The notes under the pieces: model-generated | The model's input: only the letters and a program-made list of their open reading frames with translations | What the model was told of the DNA's origin: nothing | Database searches by the model: none | Shown: positions 1 to 11,833 of the stretch, one piece after another | Position numbering within the stretch: position 1 is the stretch's first letter | How the letters are laid out: each line of letters begins with the position of its first letter | Made by a program: the position numbers and the translations under genes | Source of the DNA: Octopus bimaculoides | Taxonomy: Eukaryota | NCBI RefSeq assembly: GCF_001194135.2 | Contig: NC_068990.1 | Coordinates: forward strand, 64,455,454 to 64,519,453 | DNA length: 64,000 nt | Reading direction: 5' to 3'

Positions 1-900
1 AATCTTTTTTTTTAATATACTAATCCGATGTTGAATTAGCTAAAATTGGAGTAGTTTTTGTGCTTTTCTTTTTTTCTATAACTCTAACCTCTTAATTACT
101 GCAATGTTCTGTTCCATTGTCGTACTTTATCTAAACCTTGTTGTGGGATTTATTAACATACATGCAGAATCTGCCAAAAATAAGGCTTATGTATGTGTTG
201 TGAATACTTTTATCATTCATTCTGCACACTTTCCTGTATCATTTCAAGTCAGTTGAATTAGGTGTTCTTAGCATTCTGCAGATTTTTGAATGTTTGTCAA
301 AAATTGCTCTTCATACAAGAATCATATGCATGTCATATCTTGATCTGTCAGTTCTGTTAAGTTTCAAACCAAATTTCCTGGAGTGCGCATTCAAGTGACA
401 TTGACATTATTTCCAATAATCCAATTACATAATTTTTTTTTATCTTAGTTCCTATGATTCGCAAATTTTGCCATCCCCCTTTTTGTCTTAAAAGCTTATA
501 TAATAGTCATGTTTTACATGTGTTTCAACATGTCTAAACATTTTATCTATGAGCTGGCACATAGAACCTAATTCTGCTTTATATAATCTACCAAGGAAAA
601 AATGCAAACTGTGCATCAATGAATTAACAAAAACAGAATATTAAAAACATCATATGAAACAAAATTCTAAATTTCTATTATAGTTAATATATATAAAGAA
701 AACAAAATACAAAGAAAGAAAGCAACATTAAATATTAGGCCCTAGTATTCCCAGACCTGCTCTTTTCAAATGGTTATCATCTTTCTAAAATGTTAAGTTT
801 TTGACAGTTACTTTTAAATTGAGCTCCCAAAGTTGATCAAAAGCTGAATTATGATTTTCTAAAGGATTGATGAACTTTAAAGCATAACTTGACAGCTTTT

Positions 901-902
901 TG

Positions 903-949
<47 letters not shown>

Positions 950-1960
950 CCTTTCTACTAAAGACACAAAGCCTGAAATTTTTGGGGAGGGGACTAGTTC
1001 ATTACATCGACCCCCCCCCCCNNNNNNNNNNNNNNNNNNNNNNNNNNNNNNNNNNNNNNNNNNNNNNNNNNNNNNNNNNNNNNNNNNNNNNNNNNNNNNN
1101 NNNNNNNNNNNNNNNNNNNNNNNAGTGTTTCACTGGTACTTAATTTATCATCCCCAAAAGGATGAAAGGCAAAGGGAACTTTGGCGGAATTTGAATTCAG
1201 AATGTAGCACTGGGTGAAATACTGCTAAGCATTTTGTCTAGCGTGCCTATGATTCTGCCAGCTCGCTACCTTAGTAATAATAATAATAATAATAATAATA
1301 ATGATAATAATGATTTTGGCTCAAGACAATCGATTTTAGGGGAGGGATGTAAGTCGATTACATCAACCTCAGTGCTCAACTGGTACTTATTTTATTTATC
1401 CTGAAAAGATGGAAGGTTAACCCGACCTCAGTGGAATTTAAATTCAGAATGTAAAGATAGATGAAATGCCACTAAGCATTTTATCCTGCCTACTAATGAT
1501 TCTGCCAGCTTGCCAATAATCCTTATTTTGTCACATGGCCTGTAAATTTGATGGGTAGGGGAAGTCAATTACATAGATCCCAATACTCAACTGGTACTTA
1601 TTTTATCAACCCTGAAAGGATGAAAAGCAAAATCAACCTTGGTAGACTTGGAATTCTGAATGTAAAAACTTAGCAGTATTTTGTTCAGTGTGCTAACGAT
1701 TCTGCACCTCAACATCTTAGTAATGATAATAATAATAATAATACTTTCTACTAAAGGCACAAAGCCTCAACCTCAGTGTTCAACTGGTACTTATTTCATT
1801 GACCCCGAAAGGATGAAAGGCCAAGTCGATCTCAGTGAAATTTGAACTCAAGAAGTAAAAATGGATAAAATTTCACTAAGCGTTTTATCTGGTGCCAGAC
1901 AAAATGCTTAGTAGTGATTTTGACAGCTTGCCACCTTAATAATAACGATGATAATAAATT
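901..1960 (-). mobile_element. Cluster of about 4 head-to-tail tRNA-derived SINE copies (family B) separated by (AAT)n tails
   Basis: Repeated core ...ctggtactta(a)ttt(t)atc(g)acccc(g)aaaggatgaaaggcaaagtc...ggaatttgaactcagaa...ctaagcatttt...gattctgccagct. The reverse complement has Pol III A/B-box-like motifs (gagctggcagaatc / gagttcaaattcc) and an (ATT)n tail. Confidence 0.8.
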
Positions 1961-3346
1961 GCTAAATCATAAAGATCTGCTGTAATATATTTTTTTAAAT
2001 TGATATATTTGTGCGTATGTAAATGTGAGGGTGTAAGTGTAGATAGGTATGCATAAATGTTTGAGTGTTTGTATGCATATATGTGTATGCATATGAATAT
2101 ATATGTGTATATCTGTGTGTATGTATATGTGTGAGTGTATGTGTGTGTCTGTGTATTTTTGAACGTATGTGTATTTATGTGCACTCCAACATGACCCAGA
2201 TTCGAAATACAGTTAGACAAATGATAACATGTTTTACTGTACCCTTAAAATTCTGTGCTCTTCATTATGAAAAGGCGATACCCAAAGATATGTTCTACCT
2301 TGCCTATGAAGGGAAATAATTCAGAACTCAGAACTTGGCTTAGATTTACCTATAGATGCATGTTTCTATATAAAAATATTCTCAAATCACTAACAACCTG
2401 CTGAGAGCTCAGTAGCTGGTACTGGGAACGTTTAAGTGATAGTGATGTTAATGCTGGAAATCCCTTGTTTAAGCAAGTTGGACTACTGCTCATAACTGTG
2501 GTTACCGAGCAACCAAAGTCTTACTTAATGACTGGTGAGACATCAAAATATATTTAAAAAAATATTCATCATTAACATAAACATTGACAAACACCAAACT
2601 ACATGTGTCTCTATTGAAACACTAGCAGAAATATGTTACAGGCATGAACATGTTTTGAGATCTTTTTCTGATCTTTGGCATACAATAGAAAAAAATAGGA
2701 GTGGGTGATGACGTCAGAAACCAGCACTGCCTTCCTCAAATTCTCACATCATGAGAATAGTTGTGCTGTTACTTTTGCTCAATGCTTTGGTAGTTAGCAT
2801 ATTTGTATAGCTTTACAGCAGATGCAGCATTCAAATTCCATAGGCAATATTTCAGTTTTTTACATCTCATATATATATAAAGTGTGTATATGTATGTGTT
2901 TCTGTGTGTGGGTGTATTGATGGATATACATACATAGATCATTGCAAACATTGTTCATTCATTTAAAAGTATTTTTTCCATATCCTGCCCCATGACTACT
3001 CCCAGCTGAGGAGCTTTTTGCCTTGCTAGTTACTTGGTTAGCATTAGGAAGCGCATCCAGTTGTAGAAACCTTGCACAAAACAGTCTGTTGCAACTCCTG
3101 GCCTTATCAAGTCCTGTCAGATTGTCCAACCCATGCCAGCATGGAAAACATTAAATGATGATGATGATAATGATGTCCAGCATGTGCAACTGTTAATCCA
3201 GACTTGTTTTTTTTTTCTCCCCATTTCTTTCCTCTCTCCATCTGTTTTCTCTTTCCATTGCTTTATATAGAAGAGTGGTAGGCTTGAAACGTCACCATTT
3301 GTTGTTCTCTCACCTTTCTTTGTCTTTTGTTTTTTGTACCATTATG

Positions 3347-3399
<53 letters not shown>

Positions 3400-3734
3400 G
3401 CAATATATGCATACTATACATATAACCTGTTCATTATCAGTTAACTTAGAATGTATGTATGAGTGCATACATGCACATTACTTACCTCAAATATCATGAT
3501 CATTCTCTGGAGTGATATTTCAACAAGTTTGTGGAGTAAAAAAAAATAGCATCTCCCTTTGGCTCTCAATATCTTTTCAAAGAATCAATGAGATTTCTTT
3601 CTCCATTCTTTTGTGAAATTCTTCACTGCTGAAGAATTGTGAATCAGTCAGACTTGGAGCATTTATAGACTCTCAGATTGATCGATTGAACTTTACGGCA
3701 AAATAGAGGTATAAAACAATGACAATACATAAAG

Positions 3735-3790
<56 letters not shown>

Positions 3791-3991
3791 ATGTGTGTGT
3801 ATAATAGTTANNNNNNNNNNNNNNNNNNNNNNNNNNNNNNNNNNNNNNNNNNNNNNNNNNNNNNNNNNNNNNNNNNNNNNNNNNNNNNNNNNNNNNNNNN
3901 NNNNNNNNNNNNNNNNNNNNNNNNNNNNNNNNNNNNNNNNNNNNNNNNNNNNNNNNNNNNNNNNNNNNNNNNNNNNNNNNNNNNNNNNNNN

Positions 3992-4035
<44 letters not shown>

Positions 4036-4639
4036 GAGAGAGAGAGAGAGAGAGAGAGTGAGAGATTATGCATACATATGGAGAAAAATAGATTCACACA
4101 AACCCTGTGGAAACTGCCTATTGTGATCACTTTGGGGCAGAGCTGTTCATAACAATAACTGGTGAACACTAAGCAAGTGGAGAGATTATGATCCACTGAA
4201 TAAGTAGTTATTAACCGTGACTATAATATGCATCTTCCACGTCTTCTGCTGTGCATGTATGTCTGCACACGCATGCATTTGTGTGTGTACATGCATGCAT
4301 CTGTGTGTAGATATGTGTCTTTGTAAACAAATGAGTGAACAAGAAGGGCATCCAGTTGCATAAGGAATCCTCCAGCAAATACACTGTCTCACTCATGGAA
4401 ACATGGAAAAATGGGTGCATTGAACAAAAAAGAATTGTGATGTGTGTGTGTGTGCATGTATGTACCTGTGTGTGTGTGTGTGTGTACCCTCACATCACAC
4501 CACACCAATACCCTCGCATCACACCTCACACACACTACAACTGACCAACCGCTTTCTCCCTTCCCCATTTTCACACTACATACGTCAAAATCACCAGCAT
4601 TCTATCTCCCACACACAGCCCCTCGTTCTTCGATCACCG

Positions 4640-4925
4640 TTTGTTATCTCCCCCTTTTCTTAGCTCTCCTGAAAAAAGAATTTCTAACTTCCGGTCAGCC
4701 ATTGTTATGATCAGCCATTGTTATGATCAGCCATTATTATGATTGACCATTGACTGGACACTATTCATTTTATTTCTCCGTGTTTTTCTCCTTGTCTCCG
4801 TATTCTTTCTGTTGAAGAGCGTAGCTCGAAACGTCAAAGACTTTCCGTATTCCCGAGCGTCATACTAATACATCCTTTTGTTATTTACACCACCTGTCCT
4901 CGTCTGTTGTTGTTTTTTCGTATAT
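4640..4925 (+). mobile_element. Probable Penelope-like element terminal (pLTR/3') fragment containing a hammerhead-like motif
   Basis: CpG-richer unique-looking block with a 3x16-bp tandem (4695-4742) and a type I hammerhead-like motif (4804-4840). A degenerate relative is at about 3200-3330. The Penelope assignment is inferred from the known PLE-hammerhead association. Confidence 0.45.
4804..4840 (+). ncRNA. Candidate minimal type I hammerhead ribozyme (variant core CUGUUGA)
   Basis: Stem I TCTTT/AAAGA; core CTGTTGA plus an extra A; stem II GAGC-gta-GCTC; GAAA; palindromic ACGT helix III; GUC cleavage triplet ending at 4835. Confidence 0.55.
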
Positions 4926-5218
4926 TCTCCTACATATAGAACTAATCAGCTCGAGCTATACCGATATAGATAAGATAATAACTGGTAGAAAATATATGCT
5001 AATGGAGAGAAAGAGAGATTGAGAGAGAGAGAGAAGGTGAGTGTATGATATATTTAGATACCAAGAGATATAAATATATTGTTGTAAACATAGGGAAGAT
5101 GTTTTCCTTTAAGCTGCAATTGGTTAAAGAAGGTAGCATTGAAAGCCATCAAGACTAAATGTATCCTTTCTATGCATCATGAAAATCAGTTCTTATATAA
5201 AAGAGTAGCCCCACTTAA

Positions 5219-5438
5219 TCCTTTAGCATTCAAACCTGCCATATCCAGCCCAAATATTTGACATGTTTTATGTTGAAGTTGGCCAGATCTGGCCTCTCAC
5301 CTCATCCTTACAATGTCAATCTAAAACTAAACAATCACACCATCAAAATCTCTAAACTACAAGATAATGCATGGTTAATTCAAAACAACATAAATAAGCA
5401 AACATTACATCTGACAGATTAATCTAAATACTAAAGGG
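5219..5438. mobile_element. piggyBac-type MITE (220 bp)
   Basis: TTAA at 5215-5218 and 5439-5442 flanks TIRs (T)CCTTTAGCATTCA ... TAAATACTAAAGGG. Confidence 0.8.
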
Positions 5439-6500
5439 TTAATCATTGGTCACCACCATTGTCCACTCCCTTTATTAGAACTAATGAAAGTGCACCCTTG
5501 TAGTTACACAACTGACAAGAAGTGGCAGTCAATTCTTTGTTGTATTACATCCTATCATTTTCAAAATGGAAGTACAAAGAATGAAGTGATTATTGCTGGA
5601 TCACCTGTTATCAAAGATCTGCTCAGTCTAGGCTGACCTGAAGCTGAATAGCTTTCACTAGAACAATTAATCTCTGGCTGTTATCGCAGAGGATCAACAT
5701 GTTTACAAGTCAGCCTGTTAAAAATAGCAGTAAAATCTCCCTCAAAAATACTCTACCTTTTAATGAAGAAAAGACACTTTTGATAATGTATTTATACCTA
5801 GAGAGGAAAAAGAGTTGACTGGATAAGACATCTTCTATATGACTTCTATTTAAATTATAATGTCTGGGCTATGGAGGTGAGGTACTGAAGTTTTTGATAT
5901 AGAAGTCTAAAGCTTACTTAACCATCCATCACAAGTGAGTGATCTGGTAGCTTGTACAATGCTTTTTCCCTAGTTCTTTTAGGGCTCTATGTTGTCACAA
6001 GCATAGATGCTCCTGCCATCCTCTTAACCTTGACCCAGCAGAACATTGGGCATGTAACAGCTGGATGCAAAGAAAGCTGCATCAGAACTATGCAGGTTCT
6101 TGCTTACAGTTGAATAACCAGAAATTTAAGTGCTTGGTTTAATGGCACAATATGCTGCCAAATCTAGGAATTGAACCCATGACCTTACAGTCAGGAGCCT
6201 ATCACCAGAACCTCTAAATTATACACCTATAGAGATCTACTGAGTGCAATGTCACTGCTATTCTAACATAATATTGTGGTAGTAGTAGTAGTGGTACTGT
6301 TTCCTCATGTAACAAGAAACCCTAAGATTCTTTAATTCAAACAGTGAGTTTCTTGTTTCCCTCCTCAGGGTGTTATTAATGATGAAGACATGTGAAATAG
6401 TTCCAATCAGGAATTGAAGCTATATTACAGACTGGGGTTCATCAGTTATATCATGTATTTGGTTTACTTAGTGACATTTGCAACAACAACAATGATGATG

Positions 6501-6537
<37 letters not shown>

Positions 6538-7212
6538 TATTTTGATTAAAGAATACAAAGAAAAGATTGTTTGAGGCAACACCATCATTAGGAAGACTCT
6601 AGTTATAATAGAAAAAGATAGAAAATTAAAAGCATTCATAAACTAAGTTTGACTCACTTTTTAGCTCAGGCATATGCACGTGCGCATACATGCATGTGTG
6701 AGCACACACATACAAGTACACTGTAAACGTGTTCATGTTGTAAAAATAATCATTGTCTAACATTTATAACAAATGTGTTTTGATGGAAAAAATATCATAG
6801 CAGAAACAGCAATTGTTTCTTTTGACAAAGCATTATGAATACAACTAGCATGTATTTTGTCTTCTTGGTGTTGTAAATGATATTTATAATTTATTAAAAG
6901 TGATTGAGCAGTGAGCAGTTCATCTTTAGCATGTCTGCATTTCATAAGAATGATTACCGACATTGGTAAAAGATCACAATTTTGTAGAAGAGTGTTATAT
7001 CTTGAATGGACCAAGGTGTATGATATATTATTATTTTCTCAATTCAAAAGAATAAAGCGCAAAGTAGACCCTGGCATCGTTTGTCACAGAATACAGAGAA
7101 CAACAAGAATAGCTGGAGAGTTTTTGTTTTCTGTAGTGACCCACATAAATATAATACAAAAAAGGTTGCTAACTCCACTCTTTTGTAAATACATTACTAA
7201 TAAATATATTAT

Positions 7213-7677
7213 CTATAGATGCAAGTATAGCTATGTGGTAAGAAGCTTGCTTTCCGATCACATGGCTCTGGGTTCAGTTCCACTGTGTTGCACCTTGGGC
7301 AGGTGTCTTCTATAGCATCAGGCTGACCAAGCCTTATGTAGATGTAAACTGAAAGAAGCCTGCCGTATGTGTGTGTGTGTATGTGCCTTTGTGTTTGTCA
7401 CCCAATACACTGCTTGACAACCAGTGTTAGTGTGTTTACATCCCCTTGACTTCATGGTTTAACAAAGAGATCATTAGAATAAGTACCAGGCTTTACAAAA
7501 AATAAAAAATAAGAGTGGCTATATGGTAAGTAGCTTGCTTACCAACCACATGGTTCCGGGTTCAGTTCCACTGCGTGACACCTTGAGCAAGTGTCTTCTA
7601 CTATAGCCTTGAGCCGACCAAAGCCTTGTGAGTGGATTTGTTAGACAGAAACTGAAAGAAGCCCATCATATATTTGT

Positions 7678-7745
<68 letters not shown>

Positions 7746-8049
7746 CTTTGTGTTTGTCACCCAATACACTGCTTGACAACCAGTGTTAGTGTGTTTACAT
7801 CCCCATAACTTAGCGGTTCAGCAAAAGAGACCGATAGAATAGGTACTAGGCTTACAAAGAATAAGTCCTGGGTTCGATTTGCTCGACTAAAGGCAGTGCT
7901 CCAGCATGGCCACAGTCAAATGACTGAAACAAGTAAAAGAGTAATGAGTAAGTACTGGAGTTAATTCATTCAATAAAAATTCTCCAAGGCAGTACCTCCA
8001 AGATGGCTACAGTCTAATGACTGAAATGAGAAAAAGAAAAAAGAAAAAG
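7213..8049 (+). mobile_element. tRNA-derived SINE (family A) with a second family A copy (about 7513-7962) nested in its 3' part
   Basis: Both copies share ggtaag(t/a)agcttgctt...cacatggttc(c/t)gggttcagttccactg...ccttg(g/a)gcaagtgtcttcta. The host tail resumes at about 7963. Flanked by 40-bp direct repeats (7173-7212 and 8050-8089). Confidence 0.8.
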
Positions 8050-8371
8050 CTCTACTATTTTGTAAATACATCACTAATAAATATATTATTTGTTTAACTT
8101 AGGGAAAAGTTGTTTTTTTCTTTTAGATACTAAAAATGTCTTTTGTACTTCTAAGTCATTGTCTCTGCTTTCATTTGCTTATTGCATTCATGCAAAGGTT
8201 GTTTCAATTGCGTAAGTTTTGATTCATTGTCCAGTCTCTCTACTGCTCTACTGTATCAGACATTGTAGGATATGTTGCATTTTTTATGACCAAGCATTGC
8301 TACAATTAGGATTAAATCCATTCTTCATGTAATATCTAGTCAAAAGTACTGTTTTTCCTTCCCTATATATA

Positions 8372-9260
8372 TCATCATCATCATCATCATCGTTTAACGT
8401 CCGCTTTCCATGCTAGCATGGGTTGGACGATTTGACTGAGGACTGGTGAAACCGGATGGCAACACCAGGCTCCAGTCTAATTTGGCAGAGTTTCTACAGC
8501 TGGATGCCCTTCCTAACGCCAACCACTCAGAGAGTGTAGTGGGTGCTTTTACGTGTCACCCGCACAAAAACGGCCACGCTCGAAATGGTGTCTTTTATGT
8601 GCCACCTGCACAAGCCAGTCCAGGGGCACTGGCAACGATCTCGCTTGAAAATCCTACGGGAGCCAGTCAGGCGGTACTGGCNNNNNNNNNNCGTTTAACG
8701 TCCGCTTTCCATGCTAGCATGGGTTGGACGATTTGACTGAGGACTGGTGAAACCGGATGGCAACACCAGGCTCCAGTCTAATTTGGCAGAGTTTCTACAG
8801 CTGGATGCCCTTCCTAACGCCAACCACTCAGAGAGTGTAGTGGGTGCTTTTACGTGTCACCCGCACAAAAACGGCCACGCTCGAAATGGTGTCTTTTATG
8901 TGCCACCTGCACAAGCCAGTCCAGGGGCACTGGCAACGATCTTACTTGGCTTGCCGGGTCTTCTCACGCACAGCACATTTCCAAAGGTCTCGGTCAGTAG
9001 TCATCGCCTCGGTGAGGCCCAATGTACGAAGGTCTTGCCTCACCACCTCAGCCCAGGTCTTCCTGGGCCTACCTCTTCCACGGGTTCCCTCAACTGTTAG
9101 GGTGTGGCACTTTTTCATGCAGCTATCCTCATCCATTCTCACCACATGTCCATACCAGCGCAATCGTCTCTCTTGCACGCCACAACTGATGCTTCTAATG
9201 TTCAGCTTTTCTCTCAAGATACTTACACTCAGACGGGTATTCACATTGACATTACACATC
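8372..9260 (-). mobile_element. RTE-clade LINE 3' end (ORF C-terminus, 3'UTR and (GAT)n tail), young-looking
   Basis: Minus-strand ORF ...LREKLNIRSISCGVQERRLRWYGHVVRMDEDSCMKKCHTLTVEGTRGRGRPRKTWAEVVRQDL... is typical of RTE. CpGs are retained. The 3'UTR appears twice around a 10-N gap. Confidence 0.9.
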
Positions 9261-11489
9261 AGCACATATTTATATCTATGTATGTGCATGAGCATTTGTG
9301 AATGCACATTCTCTTGTTTTTCTTTCTGCTCTGTACCATGGTGTATTGTACTATATGTATCGTATTGGCTGTTTACAGTGGTCTGGCAGAAATTATTAAA
9401 CAAAATAACTTATTTTTGTATTGCATTAACAGTTACAAAACACCAAACATTTTAAGCAACAAAACAACAATATCCTTGAAGGATAGGCATTGTATGAATA
9501 ACTCACAAATTTTTACTCAGTTTCATTGTTAATTCCTTTGATTTTTTGTGTAGCACTGATTTTCTTCTTTTTTTTTTAAGGAAAAATAGTTTTATCATAG
9601 CTTTAGGTATGTATGTACTGATCGCTGTGAAGACAATAGTTACTAGCCAGAAAAGTTAAGTTCTTTCCCTGTAAACAATTGTTTTAATCTAATTGAAGCA
9701 ATATTGATTTCTTTTACATTGGCACAAGGCCACATATTGGTATAGCAAGACTATAGTCCATTAATCTAACTCCAGAAAGTGACTGGCACTTGTTTTATCA
9801 ATTCCAAAAGATGAAAAGCAGTCAGCTTCAATAGGATTTGAACTTAAAAGATGGAGAGACAAATCTAAATACTGTAAGAAATTTAGTTCAAAACTTTGTT
9901 TCTGCTATTCCATTGCTTTATGCAACTATAATAAGTACTATAAAACCATGTTGTTTTTCTTTTTCATTTACATGCAGGGTTAAAGAAGTAACAGCCCAGA
10001 TTTTCAAACAAATTACTTGGAGATTATTTGTTCCGAAATGACCTTTTATATATCATTACTATTCTTGTAATATTCCTTCTTTGACTCTCTCGTTAATTGG
10101 TAGAGACTGCTGTTTACATTCTTCATAGGAAATATTCCTACAATATATGCAGCATCTAAATTCAATGTCTCTGTTAGCTAACAAAAGGTATTTTAGGCAT
10201 AAATAATGATTAAGACTTGTGGAAGGTTTCTGTATTGCAAACGCCTCTAGTTTATGTAAGTATGAAAAAAATGAATTATAAAACTGATGTGATTGTATAT
10301 ATTCATACATATAAAATCTTTATTCAGTGGTAAGCTGCCAAAATTTTAACAACTAGTGCACTTAGCTACAAAAATGTTATCCATGGGTTTTATATAAAAA
10401 GATTCTGTCAATAAACTATCACTTCATTAAAATCTCTTCATCAATGTAATATTGATGCAGGATAAATAAGATTCTTGTATCCAGAAAGAAATCATTCAAA
10501 ATAAGCTGGAAGATAGGGAAAATTTATGTGTTGCTTTGGTCTCTCATTTGAAAATGAGAAAATTAAGGCTAAAAGTGAAGTTGAGAGATCAGTTTGGTGG
10601 TTTTTAAGAAAGGGTCACCGAACAAATGAGTTGCTGTGAGAGCATGAGAAATCAAGGATGCAAGATGACTACAGAAAAAGGATCAAAAAGTTAGGCAGGA
10701 AGCTAGGGAGATACATCCCTCTTGGGAAGGAGAGATACTGTAGCTTAGTCCCTGGTCAACTCTGAACACACCTATGATTAGACACTCCAATTATGACCAT
10801 ACTACCATTTCTTATATACAAGGAACTCTGGACCACATTATCCAATGCATCCCTTTCTAATATAGCAAGTTGTAACTTGAGGACGATTTAGCTGCTATTT
10901 CTAGCAAGTTGAGTCACTGTGTAGGGATTCCTCACTAGATTTCATTCCACTGAGAGGTTCATATTGTAGTTTCTACAGGCCATCTCCAGCCCAACTTTGA
11001 AATAGCGTGATCTGTAGCAGCATATCTTGCCAATAAATATTGACAGTCACAGTAGTGGTAGTATTGAGCAAGGCCTGTGCTGCCAAATATAAGGACAGGT
11101 ATATATTGAATTTGAAGCTGGAGACTTGCCATAAGAAATTTATAGATGCAGAGGTCAATGCTAACAGTAACTGCTGAATCTTGGAACAGATGCATATTGG
11201 ATGAACAACAATGGGAACCAGGTCTGCTTCACCACTGCTTATATATATATATATGTATATATAGATACAAATTTTATGCTCATACACCCACACAGTATAC
11301 TTACAAACATTCTCACATGGCACCACAATGCACAAAACACATGCATACACACAAATATATGCATACTCATATTTTCTCAGCATGCTTGATTTTTCACTTT
11401 GTCTGACCTATGCAAGCATTGGAAAGTAAACAATGATGCTGATACTTAGGGCACTAGTCAGCTCTGAGGTAGTTATATTCATTCTAGTA

Positions 11490-11833
11490 AAGGCACATGG
11501 TTTGGTGGTCAGAGCGTTGGGCTCACAATCAGGAGGTAGTGAGTTTGATTCCCGGACTGGTCTGTATGTTGAGTTCTTGAGCAGGATATTTTATTTCATG
11601 TGGCTCCAGTTCACTCCGCTGCAGAAATGAGTTGCAGCATCACTAGAGCCATGTTGTATTGGCCTTTGTCTTTCCCTTGGATAACATCAGTGGCAGGGAG
11701 AGGAGAACCTGGTATTCAGGGGCGACTGCTGGTCTTCTGTAAAAACAACCTTGCCCGAACTGGTGCTGTGAAGTGAAACTTTCTAGGTGCAATCCTATGG
11801 TCATTCATAAGCGAAGGGGTCCTTTATCCTTTT
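11490..11833 (+). mobile_element. tRNA-derived SINE (family C)
   Basis: tRNA-like head ggcacatggtttggtggtcagagcgttgggctcacaatcaggaggtagtgagtttgattcccgg (A/B boxes). The same family occurs on the minus strand at about 19612-20455. Confidence 0.75.

Noticed and set aside
2414-2533. Possible + strand exon (SWYWERLSDSDVNAGNPLFKQVG...|GTGAGA) with CACTAAC upstream
   Set aside because: No polypyrimidine tract and no recognisable homology; an open frame of about 40 codons is expected by chance.
8392-8940. Apparent tandem duplication of about 250 bp of RTE 3'UTR, giving twin ORFs MKPDGNTRLQ...
   Set aside because: The copies are identical over about 250 bp and separated by a 10-N gap, most likely overlapping contig ends (an assembly artefact). 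The ORFs are antisense to a LINE UTR.
11490-11560. tRNA-like sequences at SINE heads
   Set aside because: They lack a complete cloverleaf and continue into SINE bodies, so they are not tRNA genes.
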